64,000 bases of DNA from an uncultured bacterium (lineage in GTDB: Bacteria > Patescibacteriota > Minisyncoccia > UBA6257 > 2-01-FULL-56-20), in NCBI GenBank assembly GCA_963844965.1, contig CAWJQC010000006.1, positions 1 through 64,000 of the forward strand, given 5' to 3'. The notes beneath the pieces were generated by a model. It did no database searches, had not been told where the DNA came from, and saw nothing but the letters and a program-made list of their open reading frames with translations. Below, piece after piece: positions 63,348 to 64,000 of this stretch (position 1 is the stretch's first letter; each line of letters begins with the position of its first letter). The position numbers and the translations under genes are program-made.

Positions 63348-64000
63348 GATAACTTATGAGGACTTGGCGGGGTGAAATTGCATGTGCAGTTCACACTCCA
63401 GTTATCCCATGCCCGGGAATTGGCGGCAAGGGGACAAGCAGCGTTAATATTCGGGCTCGATTTTGTGGCGTCGGTGACACACTTTTTATACAGTGATGTA
63501 TTTACAACCTGACAATGGTAAACATGGTTTGTGCTGTCCCACTGAGCTGCGTGGTTAAAGGCGCTGGGACAGCCATCGCCGTTCACGTCATTTACGGTCA
63601 GGTTGATTTGGAACAGTCCCCACGAGAAAACACTGTTATCTTCCGCGCACTTATCCGACGTGCTCGGCGCCGTAGGATCGCCGCCACTTTCCTTGCTGGC
63701 AATGGAGGAAGCGTCATACGGACCATTACCGATACCGCCGAAACACGAACTGTTGAGGTTGTCTTGTGAAGCATCGCCGCTTGTAAGTGGCGCGCAATTT
63801 CCACTTGAATTGTTGCACGGACTGCCCGGATCGCAACTGCCCGGATAGCAATTTGAGGTTCCTCCGGCATTACTTTGACAATCTGCCTGGCTTGAGTAAT
63901 TAGCTACACACATATTTCCGGCGGCTGATACCTGACACAGTTGGTAAGATGTAGAGCCTCCGCTCGCCGTCGGCGCCGCCACCTGTACCGAAACACCAGG
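63341..64000 (-). CDS. Cys-rich protein with a lytic-transglycosylase (SLT)-like motif, partial (N-terminus beyond the window end)
   Basis: ESGGDP...SVFSWGLFQIN. Confidence 0.45.
   Translation of the reverse strand, partial: PGVSVQVAAPTASGGSTSYQLCQVSAAGNMCVANYSSQADCQSNAGGTSNCYPGSCDPGSPCNNSSGNCAPLTSGDASQDNLNSSCFGGIGNGPYDASSIASKESGGDPTAPSTSDKCAEDNSVFSWGLFQINLTVNDVNGDGCPSAFNHAAQWDSTNHVYHCQVVNTSLYKKCVTDATKSSPNINAACPLAANSRAWDNWSVNCTCNFTPPSPHKLSC

Overview
This 64-kb window looks like a contig from a small-genome uncultivated bacterium, probably CPR/Patescibacteria-like. That is an inference from gene content only: many VirB2/TrbC-like pilin paralogs, giant FN3/SH3b surface proteins, and a minimal housekeeping set. 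Recognisable housekeeping genes are rpsR, nusG, secE, gyrB, pyrH, htpX, dut, ftsK, recA, pnp, rpsO, a PMM/PGM-family mutase, tRNA-Ser(GGA) and tRNA-Leu(TAG).

Three accessory regions stand out.

- **tRNA-Ser locus (19.1-26.6 kb).** A 7.4-kb insertion is bounded by an 18-bp direct repeat of the tRNA-Ser 3' end. It consists of two tandem units with the same architecture. In each unit a cargo operon (an XRE regulator plus effector genes) and a large serine recombinase gene are each bracketed by their own long, perfect inverted repeats of 84-230 bp. Adjacent repeat arms meet at short conserved cores. Each recombinase gene's 3' end lies inside its own repeat arm.
- **Palindromic reverse-transcriptase locus (1-3.4 kb).** A 3.4-kb imperfect palindrome contains two mirrored copies of a diversity-generating-retroelement-type RT that is truncated at its 5' end, plus a small secreted target-like gene and an XRE regulator. 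The target-like gene is comparatively intact in the right arm and degraded in the left.
- **Phage-like block (3.6-13.9 kb).** It carries a terminase, a DNA methyltransferase, an SNF2 helicase with an unusual C-terminal repeat region, and a Cas4/RecB-like nuclease, with a palindromic operator upstream.

Other items are an IS200-like element, a RelE toxin-antitoxin pair with an HNH endonuclease, a pilin cluster with Cys-rich tandem-repeat proteins, and a promoter-driven GC-rich candidate ncRNA.

One caveat affects all gene calls. Several universally conserved genes (recA, ftsK, pnp, rpsO, dut, htpX) carry single-base frameshifts. The three whose sequence context I resolved (rpsO, ftsK, the left-arm RT copy) look like single-base deletions in G/C homopolymers. 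These are most likely sequencing errors, so frameshifted genes are reported as single spans.
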